Position numbers and translations under genes: made by a program. This document shows, in pieces, positions 18,806 to 26,118 of a stretch of 64,000 nt of DNA; the stretch's first letter is position 1, and each line of letters opens with the position of its first letter. The notes below the pieces were generated by a model. It had not been told where the DNA came from. It was given only the letters and a program-made list of their open reading frames with translations, and did not search any database. The stretch comes from an uncultured Bacilli bacterium (GTDB lineage Bacteria; Bacillota_I; Bacilli_A; RF39; UBA660). Where the stretch lies: positions 257 through 64,256 of the forward strand of contig CANRPA010000003.1 of the NCBI GenBank assembly GCA_947632395.1, in the 5' to 3' direction.

Positions 18806-18847
18806 TTGTATAAAACTATAAATTTAATTAAATAATAAAAAAATTAA

Positions 18848-18863
18848 TGTTTCACGTGAAACA
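18848..18863. other. parS site 9 (TGTTTCACGTGAAACA, perfect)
   Basis: 16/16 palindrome ending 2 nt before the tadA SD (GGAGG, 18866-18870). Confidence 0.88.
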
Positions 18864-18877
18864 TTGGAGGTATATAT

Positions 18878-19291
18878 ATGAATGAATATTATATGAATAT
18901 AGCAATAAAAGAAGCAAAAAAAGCTTTGAAACATGATGAAGTTCCAATAGGAGCAGTAATAGTTAAAAATAATAAAATTATATCAAAAGCATTTAATAAA
19001 AGAGAAACAAAAAAAAATATAATAAATCATGCAGAAATTTTAGCAATTTCTAAAGCATGTAAAAAATTAAAAAATTGGAGATTAAATGATTGTACAATTT
19101 ATGTGACAATGGAACCTTGTATGATGTGCTCTGGTGCAATAGAACAAGCAAGAATAAATAAAGTTGTATATGGTATAGATAATGAAAAATATGGTTATAT
19201 AAAAAATATAAAATGTGCACAAATTGTTTCTCATGTTTGTGAAAGTGAATGTAAAAATATTGTCCAAAATTTTTTTAAAAAAAAGAGATAA
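18878..19291 (+). CDS. tadA: tRNA-specific adenosine deaminase TadA
   Basis: 137 aa with CDA zinc motifs HAE and PCMMCSGA. Confidence 0.93.
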   Translation: MNEYYMNIAIKEAKKALKHDEVPIGAVIVKNNKIISKAFNKRETKKNIINHAEILAISKACKKLKNWRLNDCTIYVTMEPCMMCSGAIEQARINKVVYGIDNEKYGYIKNIKCAQIVSHVCESECKNIVQNFFKKKR

Positions 19292-19348
19292 GTCTCTTTT
19301 TTTTTAAACCTCTAAAGTGTATAATATTAATGAGACTCGAGGTGAAAT

Positions 19349-21028
19349 ATGTACCAAGCACTATATAGAAAATATAGACCAAAAACATTAGAAGATGTTG
19401 TAGGTCAGCAAGTGATAATTAAAACATTAACTAATAGTGTTTTAAATAATAAAATAACTCATGCATATCTTTTTACTGGTCCAAGGGGGACAGGTAAAAC
19501 AAGTATTGCCAAAATTTTAGCAAAAATAGTTAACTGTGAATCACTTAGTGGTGTTACTCCATGTAATAAATGTGTAAGTTGTACACAAACAGACTTAAAA
19601 CAAAATACTGATATAATTGAAATTGATGCCGCTTCTAATAATGGTGTAGATAAAATAAGAGAAATAAGAGATAAAGTTAGTTTAGTACCATCATATGGAA
19701 AATATAAAGTATATATTATAGATGAGGTACATATGTTAACAACAGAAGCTTTTAATGCTTTATTAAAAACATTAGAAGAACCACCTCAACATATTATATT
19801 TATTTTGGCAACCACAGAACCACATAAAATTCCAGCAACAATATTATCAAGATGTCAAAGGTATGATTTTAAAAAAATAAGCATGTCAGAAATAGAAAAA
19901 AGACTTAAATATATATGTTCTGAAGAAAAAATTATAATAGATGATGAAGCAATAAATTTGATTGCTAAATTATCGGATGGTGGAATGAGAGATTCTATTA
20001 GTTTATTGGATCAATTAACTTCATATACATCAGATAAAATAACTATAAATGATGTGCATAATGTTTATGGAACTATAACAGATATAGAAATATATAATCT
20101 ATTGAATATGATATATAATAACGAATTAGCAAATATATTTGATACGATAGAGCAATATGATAATCAAGGTAAAAATTTAGTTAAAATAATGGAATTAATG
20201 ATAGATTTTTTAAAAAATACACTATTATATATTACTTCATCAGATTATTTTAAAGTAGAAGAACAAAAACAAATGTACGCTAATATTTACAAAATAACAA
20301 ATGAAAAAAGTATATATAGAACAATCGATATATTATTAGATTCAATAAAAAATAGTAAATTAAGTAATAATTCTAGATTACTATTTGAACTTTCAATAAT
20401 AAAAATAATAGAATTAAAAAGTGAAAAAGTAGTTGAAAATCAAGATAAAGAAGAAAATAATATCCCAATTATAGCGCAACAAAAAAAAATAGAATCCAAA
20501 ACAAAAATTGAAACAAAAGAAATTAGTGATAGTGTAAAAAATAATATTGAAAAATTAAAACAAATTAGAATAAAAAATACATTATCAAGATTTGATAAAA
20601 AAGAATTAATGGAATTTAAATCAAAATTAGAAGATTTAAAAGAATTGCTCATGGATCCAGATTATAGCAATATAGTTTCATTAATTTTGGATGGAGAATT
20701 AAAAGCTAAAGGAAAAGAAAACTTAATATTCGTATATGAAACAAATAGTTTAGAAGAATATTTTAATTTATCACTTATAAATATAGAACAAATATTTAAC
20801 AAAAAATTTAATGAAAACTTGAAACCAATTGCTGTTTCAAAAGATGAATGGGAACCAATAAAATTAGAATTTAATAAAAATATGAAAAATCAAACAAACA
20901 AATATTTGTATGAAGAAGAAACAAAACCATTAGAAGAAATTTATGAATTAAATATAAAAAATCAGGATACTGAAAAAAATTTAAATGATATAGAAGAATC
21001 ATTTGAAGATATAGTAGTATATAATTAG
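19349..21028 (+). CDS. dnaX: DNA polymerase III subunit gamma/tau
   Basis: 559 aa. AAA+ GPRGTGKTS, a zinc module CNKCVSC and SRCQRYDF. Confidence 0.95.
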   Translation: MYQALYRKYRPKTLEDVVGQQVIIKTLTNSVLNNKITHAYLFTGPRGTGKTSIAKILAKIVNCESLSGVTPCNKCVSCTQTDLKQNTDIIEIDAASNNGVDKIREIRDKVSLVPSYGKYKVYIIDEVHMLTTEAFNALLKTLEEPPQHIIFILATTEPHKIPATILSRCQRYDFKKISMSEIEKRLKYICSEEKIIIDDEAINLIAKLSDGGMRDSISLLDQLTSYTSDKITINDVHNVYGTITDIEIYNLLNMIYNNELANIFDTIEQYDNQGKNLVKIMELMIDFLKNTLLYITSSDYFKVEEQKQMYANIYKITNEKSIYRTIDILLDSIKNSKLSNNSRLLFELSIIKIIELKSEKVVENQDKEENNIPIIAQQKKIESKTKIETKEISDSVKNNIEKLKQIRIKNTLSRFDKKELMEFKSKLEDLKELLMDPDYSNIVSLILDGELKAKGKENLIFVYETNSLEEYFNLSLINIEQIFNKKFNENLKPIAVSKDEWEPIKLEFNKNMKNQTNKYLYEEETKPLEEIYELNIKNQDTEKNLNDIEESFEDIVVYN

Positions 21029-21043
21029 AAAGAGGGAATAGAT

Positions 21044-21340
21044 ATGAATATGCAAGCAATGTTAAAACAAGCTCAAAAATTACAAAAAGAAATGATGGAT
21101 GCACAAGAACAAATAAATAATATGGAGTTTACTGGTAAATCATCACTAGTAACTGCTAAAGTAAATGGTAGAAAAGAACTTATAGATATAAAAATAGATT
21201 TAGAAGAAATAGATAAAGATGATATTGAAATGATTCAAGATATGATAGTAGTGGCAATTAATGATGCATTTAAACAAGTAGATAAAGAAACAGAAGAAAA
21301 AATGGGTAAATATACAAAAGGGATGCCAGGGTTATTTTAA
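21044..21340 (+). CDS. ybaB: Nucleoid-associated protein YbaB/EbfC
   Basis: 98 aa with N-terminus MNMQAMLKQAQKLQKEM and conserved dnaX-ybaB-recR context. Confidence 0.93.
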   Translation: MNMQAMLKQAQKLQKEMMDAQEQINNMEFTGKSSLVTAKVNGRKELIDIKIDLEEIDKDDIEMIQDMIVVAINDAFKQVDKETEEKMGKYTKGMPGLF

Positions 21341-21954
21341 TGAAATATCCAATTACAATTTTAAATTTAATAGAATGCTTTAAAAAATTACCAGGAATTG
21401 GTGAAAAAACAGCAGAAAGATTAGCTTTATCAATCTTAGAATTTGATGATGATACAATACAATTATTTTCAAAATCACTTAAAGATACAAAAACAAAAAT
21501 AAGAAGATGTGAAAAATGTAATAATTTAAGTGAAACTGAACTTTGTGAGATTTGTAAAGATGAAACTAGAAATAAAAAAATATTATGTGTAGTTGAAGAC
21601 CCAAAAAATGTAATTTTATTTGAAAAATTAAATATATTTGATGGATATTATCATGTGTTGGATGGTTTAATTTCACCAATTGATGGAATAAATCCAGAAG
21701 ACATAAATCTCGCAAGTTTAATAGATAAAGTAAAAAAAGATAAAATAGAAGAAATAATTTTAGCACTTAAACCAAGTATTGAAGGTGAAACAACATCATT
21801 ATATATTTCAAAACTATTAGAAGGAATAAATGTAAAAATAACAAAAATAGCTTATGGAATTCCAATAGGAACAGAAATAGATTATGTTGACTCTTTAACA
21901 CTAGAAATGGCTTTAGAAAATAGGATGGACATATCAACTAATAAAAATTCATAA
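21340..21954 (+). CDS. recR: Recombination protein RecR
   Basis: 204 aa with HhH LPGIGEKTAERLA, a C4 zinc finger CEKCNNLSETELCEIC and a Toprim domain. Confidence 0.96.
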   Translation: MKYPITILNLIECFKKLPGIGEKTAERLALSILEFDDDTIQLFSKSLKDTKTKIRRCEKCNNLSETELCEICKDETRNKKILCVVEDPKNVILFEKLNIFDGYYHVLDGLISPIDGINPEDINLASLIDKVKKDKIEEIILALKPSIEGETTSLYISKLLEGINVKITKIAYGIPIGTEIDYVDSLTLEMALENRMDISTNKNS

Positions 21955-21993
21955 TTATTATTTAAAAAACATAGTATAAGACAGGTGAAAAAA

Positions 21994-22182
21994 ATGTTAA
22001 AAAAATGTTTTAAAATAATAAGACGAATTATAGTTAGTTCTTTTTTACTATATGGATATAATTTATTAGTACAACCTGTAGGTTTAATAATACCAATAAA
22101 TATATTTACGATTCTTGCTATTTCAATTTTAGGTGTTCCAGCACTTCTTTGCTTTATTTTCATAATGGTAGCAATATATTAG
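21994..22182 (+). CDS. bofA: BofA-family small membrane protein
   Basis: IPINIFTILAISILGVPALLCFIF resembles the BofA block VPINLVTTAISGILGIPGIAALVVI. Same slot after recR as in Bacillus. I prefer ATG 21994 (SD AGGTGA) over the track start at GTG 21985. Confidence 0.6.
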   Translation: MLKKCFKIIRRIIVSSFLLYGYNLLVQPVGLIIPINIFTILAISILGVPALLCFIFIMVAIY

Positions 22183-22192
22183 GAGAGATAGT

Positions 22193-23182
22193 ATGTTAGA
22201 TGATTTTTATTTAGAACAAGATATAGCATATAAAACATTAATAAATTCAGTAAAAAATAATAAACTTTCACATGCTTATTTAATAGAAACAAATGGTTAT
22301 TCAAAATCACTTGATTTTGCAGTTGCATTTGCAAAGTATATTTTATGTCCTAATCATTATAATAATTTTGAAAATTGTAAAGATTGTCATCAATGTGAAA
22401 ATATAAATAAAAATGAATTTTTGGAATTAAAAATAATAGATCCAGAAGGTCAATGGATAAAAAAATCACAATTAGAAGAATTACAAGAAGAATTTTCTAA
22501 AAAATCAATTATAGGTGACAAGAAAGTATATATAATAAATAAAGCAGAAAAGTTAAATATATCATCTTCAAATTCATTGCTGAAATTTTTAGAAGAACCA
22601 GAAGAAGGTATAATAGCTATATTGCTTACAGAAAATAAAAATCAATTATTAAATACAATAATATCAAGATGCCAAAATATATCTTTAAAAAAACAAAATA
22701 ATTTAGATAACTTATCTACATTTGAAAAAATATCTCATCTTTTAAATAATAATATAGAAGATATAAATAATTATATATTAGATGAAGAAAATAAAATAAA
22801 ACTAGAAAAAACAATAGAATTTATTGAATACTATGAAACTAATCATGAAAATACAATAATATATATGAACAAATTGTGGCACGATTATTTTAAGGAAAGA
22901 ACTGAAATATATAATTCTTTTACTATAATGTTATTGTTTTATAAAGATTTATTAAATGATAAGTTAAATAGAAAAATAACAGTATTTAATGAAAAATTAG
23001 AACTAATAAAAAAATTTAATAAAAATAATAATATAAATAGTCTAACGAGTAAAATAAATGTTATAATGGACTTGAGGGAAAAAATAAAATTTAATGCAAA
23101 TGCTAATCTATTAATGGACAAGTTAATAATAAAATTAGAAAGATGTGAAATTTATGATAGAAGTAATAGGAGTAACATTTAA
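22193..23182 (+). CDS. holB: DNA polymerase III delta-prime subunit
   Basis: 329 aa with LSHAYL, a Cys-rich CKDCHQC module and SRCQ. Context is holB-yaaT. Confidence 0.85.
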   Translation: MLDDFYLEQDIAYKTLINSVKNNKLSHAYLIETNGYSKSLDFAVAFAKYILCPNHYNNFENCKDCHQCENINKNEFLELKIIDPEGQWIKKSQLEELQEEFSKKSIIGDKKVYIINKAEKLNISSSNSLLKFLEEPEEGIIAILLTENKNQLLNTIISRCQNISLKKQNNLDNLSTFEKISHLLNNNIEDINNYILDEENKIKLEKTIEFIEYYETNHENTIIYMNKLWHDYFKERTEIYNSFTIMLLFYKDLLNDKLNRKITVFNEKLELIKKFNKNNNINSLTSKINVIMDLREKIKFNANANLLMDKLIIKLERCEIYDRSNRSNI

Positions 23183-23945
23183 AAAAAATGGAAAAATATA
23201 TTATAGTTCTTCGACACCAGAAAATATAAAAATAGGTATAAATTTAATAGTAAAAACTGATAGAGGATTACAATATGTTACAGTAGTAACTGATAAAATT
23301 CAAATAGATTCAGAAAAATTAAAAGAACCATTATTTGAATTTGTTAGAATTGCAAATCATAAAGATAATAATCAAAATAAAAAAAATATAGAAGATGCTA
23401 AAGAAGCACTAAAAAAATGTAAGGAATTAGCAAAAAAATATAATTTAAATATGGCTATTTTAGAAGCAAATTATACTTTTGATAGAGGACAATTATTATT
23501 TACATTTTTATCAGATAATAGAATAGATTTTAGAAAATTAGCAAAAGATCTTGCAACTATTTATAAAACAAGGATAGAACTTAGACAAATTGGAATACGT
23601 GATAAAGCAAAAGAAATAGGTGGATTTGGTACATGTGGTAGAGAACTTTGCTGCTCAAAATTTTTATGTGATTTTAACTCAGTTTCAATAAATATGGCAA
23701 AAAATCAAAATATTGCTCTTAATCCAAATAAAATAAATGGAGCATGTGGTAGACTTTTATGTTGTTTAAAATATGAGGATAAATGTTATAAAGAATTATC
23801 AAAAAATATGCCTAAAGTAGGTAAAATGGTAGAAACTAAATTGGGTGTTGGTAAAGTAATAAGTATTGATATATTGAAACAAAAATATAGAGTAAATATA
23901 GAAAATAAAGGAATAATAGAAGTTGATTTAAATGAAGACAATTAA
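23145..23945 (+). CDS. yaaT: PSP1-domain protein YaaT/RicT
   Basis: 266 aa. PSP1 C-terminal Cys motif GTCGRELCCSKFL...GACGRLLCCLKYE. The start may be ATG 23154. Confidence 0.88.
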   Translation: MKFMIEVIGVTFKKNGKIYYSSSTPENIKIGINLIVKTDRGLQYVTVVTDKIQIDSEKLKEPLFEFVRIANHKDNNQNKKNIEDAKEALKKCKELAKKYNLNMAILEANYTFDRGQLLFTFLSDNRIDFRKLAKDLATIYKTRIELRQIGIRDKAKEIGGFGTCGRELCCSKFLCDFNSVSINMAKNQNIALNPNKINGACGRLLCCLKYEDKCYKELSKNMPKVGKMVETKLGVGKVISIDILKQKYRVNIENKGIIEVDLNEDN

Positions 23946-24651
23946 TTATTTACTTGGGTATAAAGATTTAAAAATAGTACAAGATAATGAAATGTTTAAT
24001 TTTTCATTAGATTCAGTATTACTTCCAAATTTTGTGACAATAAATAAAAAAATAAATAACATATTAGATATTGGTAGTGGAAATGCACCAATACCTTTAA
24101 TTTTATCTACTAAAACTAACGCACATATAACAGGTGTAGAAATCCAAAAAGAAGTGTATGACTTGGCTATTGAGTCAATAAAAATTAATAATAAAGAAAA
24201 TCAAATAGAAATAATAAATGATGATATAAACAATTACTTTAAAAAAATAGAATCAGATAAATTTGATATAATAACTTGTAATCCACCATTTTTTAAATAC
24301 AAAGAAACATCAAATTTAAATAAAAATGATTATAAGACCATAGCGCGTCATGAATTAAAATTAAATTTATCAGAAATTTTTTTAATTTCAAAAAAATTAC
24401 TTAAAAATAATGGTGTTGTGGCGATAGTACATAGGCCAGAAAGACTTACTCAAATAATAGAAGAAATGAAAAAGAATAATATAGAACCAAAAAAATTACA
24501 ATTTGTATATCCTAAAAAAAATATGGAAGCAAATATTATGTTAATAGAAGGAAGTAAAAACGGAAAACCAGGATTAAAAATTTTACCTCCAATTTATACA
24601 CATCTAGATAATGGAGAATATACGGATCAAGTAAAAAAATATTTTGAATAG
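23932..24651 (+). CDS. Class I SAM methyltransferase, YabB/TrmN6 (tRNA m6A37) family
   Basis: 239 aa with DIGSGNAPIPL and the NPPF motif (ITCNPPFF). It occupies the yabB position. Confidence 0.8.
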   Translation: MKTINYLLGYKDLKIVQDNEMFNFSLDSVLLPNFVTINKKINNILDIGSGNAPIPLILSTKTNAHITGVEIQKEVYDLAIESIKINNKENQIEIINDDINNYFKKIESDKFDIITCNPPFFKYKETSNLNKNDYKTIARHELKLNLSEIFLISKKLLKNNGVVAIVHRPERLTQIIEEMKKNNIEPKKLQFVYPKKNMEANIMLIEGSKNGKPGLKILPPIYTHLDNGEYTDQVKKYFE

Positions 24652-24661
24652 AGGTGAAAAA

Positions 24662-25510
24662 ATGTCTCAAAAAAGTTATAATAATACTCCAACCTTATAT
24701 GTTATACCAACTCCAATTGGAAATATGGAAGATATAACCTTACGTGCACTTAATACATTAAAAATGGTGGATGTAATATTTTGTGAAGATACTAGGGTAA
24801 CGGGACAATTACTAAAGTATTATGAAATAAATAAAAAATTGATATCAAGTCATAAATTTAATGAAGCAAACAATAAAGAAAAATTATTAGAATATTTAGA
24901 AAATGGTAATAATGTTGGTTTAGTTAGTGACAGGGGAACACCAATAATAAGTGATCCAGGATATGAACTTGTAAAATTTGCAATAGATGCAGGATACAAT
25001 GTAGTAAGTTTGCCAGGAGCAACCGCACTTATTCCCGCACTTACTTCATCGGGTATAAGTCCTATGCCTTTTTACTATTATGGTTTTTTAAATAGCAAAG
25101 ATAATATTAGAAGAAAAGAATTGGAATTTTTAAAAAATATAGATGCAACATTGATACTCTATGAGGCACCTCATCGTATAAATAAGACATTAAATGATTT
25201 GGAAAATATTTTGGGAAATAATAGAAAAATATCAATTTCCCGAGAAATAACTAAAAAGTATGAAGAGATATATAGAGGGACTATAGAGGATTTAATAAAA
25301 GAAAATAATGAATATAAAGGTGAGTTAGTTTTAGTAATAGAAGGAAATAAGTCAGCAATTGAATATAAAAATTTAACTATAGAAGAACATGTTGATTTTT
25401 ATATAAATGATGGAAATAGTGTTATGGATGCTATAAAAATAGTATCAAAAGAACGTGGTATGAAAAAAAGTGAAGTTTATGATTTATATCACAAAATAGA
25501 AAAGAAGTGA
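24662..25510 (+). CDS. rsmI: 16S rRNA (cytidine1402-2'-O)-methyltransferase RsmI
   Basis: Tetrapyrrole-methylase fold: LYVIPTPIGN..DIT.RAL..L..VD.I.CEDTR. I prefer ATG 24662 (SD GAGGTGA) over the track start at TTG 24644. Confidence 0.93.
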   Translation: MSQKSYNNTPTLYVIPTPIGNMEDITLRALNTLKMVDVIFCEDTRVTGQLLKYYEINKKLISSHKFNEANNKEKLLEYLENGNNVGLVSDRGTPIISDPGYELVKFAIDAGYNVVSLPGATALIPALTSSGISPMPFYYYGFLNSKDNIRRKELEFLKNIDATLILYEAPHRINKTLNDLENILGNNRKISISREITKKYEEIYRGTIEDLIKENNEYKGELVLVIEGNKSAIEYKNLTIEEHVDFYINDGNSVMDAIKIVSKERGMKKSEVYDLYHKIEKK

Positions 25511-25514
25511 TAAT

Positions 25515-26069
25515 TTGAAACTTATAGTTGGTTTGGGAAATCCAGGAATAGAATATGAAAATACAAGACATAATATAGGATTTATGTGCATAAATAAATT
25601 AGCGCAACATTTTAAAGTTAATTTAGATTTAAATAAATTTGATGGAAAATATACTATATTTAATTATAATGATGAAAAAATAATACTATTAGAACCATTA
25701 AAATATATGAATTTATCTGGTGAGGTTATTAAAAAATTTGTTAGTTTTTATAAAATTGATATAAAAGATGTACTAGTAATTTGTGATGATTTAGATACTA
25801 ATATAGGGACATATAGATTGAGATATAAAGGCTCTAGTGGAGGACATAATGGTCTAAAAAATATTGAATTAAATTTAGGAAGTAATGAATACAAAAGGAT
25901 AAAAATAGGAATATCAAATAATAAAAATATTGATACAAAAGATTATGTTCTAGGAAAATTTAAAAAAGAGGAATTAGAACTAATTAATCCTATAATAGAT
26001 AAAATTCCAAATATAATTGAAGACTATTTAAAATTACCATTTGATAATGTAATGAATAAATATAATTAA
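25515..26069 (+). CDS. pth: Peptidyl-tRNA hydrolase
   Basis: 184 aa with a TTG start, MKLIVGLGNPG..Y..TRHNIGF and GHNGLKN. Confidence 0.93.
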   Translation: MKLIVGLGNPGIEYENTRHNIGFMCINKLAQHFKVNLDLNKFDGKYTIFNYNDEKIILLEPLKYMNLSGEVIKKFVSFYKIDIKDVLVICDDLDTNIGTYRLRYKGSSGGHNGLKNIELNLGSNEYKRIKIGISNNKNIDTKDYVLGKFKKEELELINPIIDKIPNIIEDYLKLPFDNVMNKYN

Positions 26070-26118
26070 AATATTAATGATACTAAATGTATCATTTTGT
26101 CGTTGGGAGGAGGTACTT

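Larger units (their letters stand above)
18096..18863. repeat. Tandem array of nine parS (ParB/Spo0J-binding) palindromes in two-site modules of about 200 bp
   Basis: Nine matches to TGTTYCACGTGRAACA in the non-coding gap between gyrA and tadA. The spacers are homologous to each other (see the individual sites and findings). Confidence 0.85.

Noticed and set aside
18096-18863. The regularly spaced short repeats superficially resemble a CRISPR array.
   Set aside because: The repeats are only 16-18 bp, are perfect palindromes, and equal the parS consensus. Spacer lengths alternate (about 40 and about 125 bp), and the spacers are homologous to each other rather than unique. No cas genes are in the window.
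18084-18877. An rRNA operon (rrnO in Bacillus) or tRNA genes were expected after gyrA.
   Set aside because: The region is almost pure A/T apart from the palindromes. It has no 16S/23S/5S-like or tRNA cloverleaf-like GC-rich segments. I saw no rRNA or tRNA anywhere in the window.
19292-19348. An SRP (4.5S/scr) RNA gene was expected between tadA and dnaX, as in Bacillus.
   Set aside because: The gap is only 57 bp. It contains just a weak hairpin/T-run and the dnaX SD, so it is too short for an SRP RNA.
26077-26118. The track's upstream start for mfd (MILNVSFCRWEEVL...). Similar upstream starts are given for rsmI (24644), bofA (21985), yvcK (58576) and the DUF951 gene (45828).
   Set aside because: In each case a downstream ATG is preceded by a much better Shine-Dalgarno sequence, and it gives the N-terminus typical of the family. 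The upstream extensions overlap SD sequences or the preceding genes.
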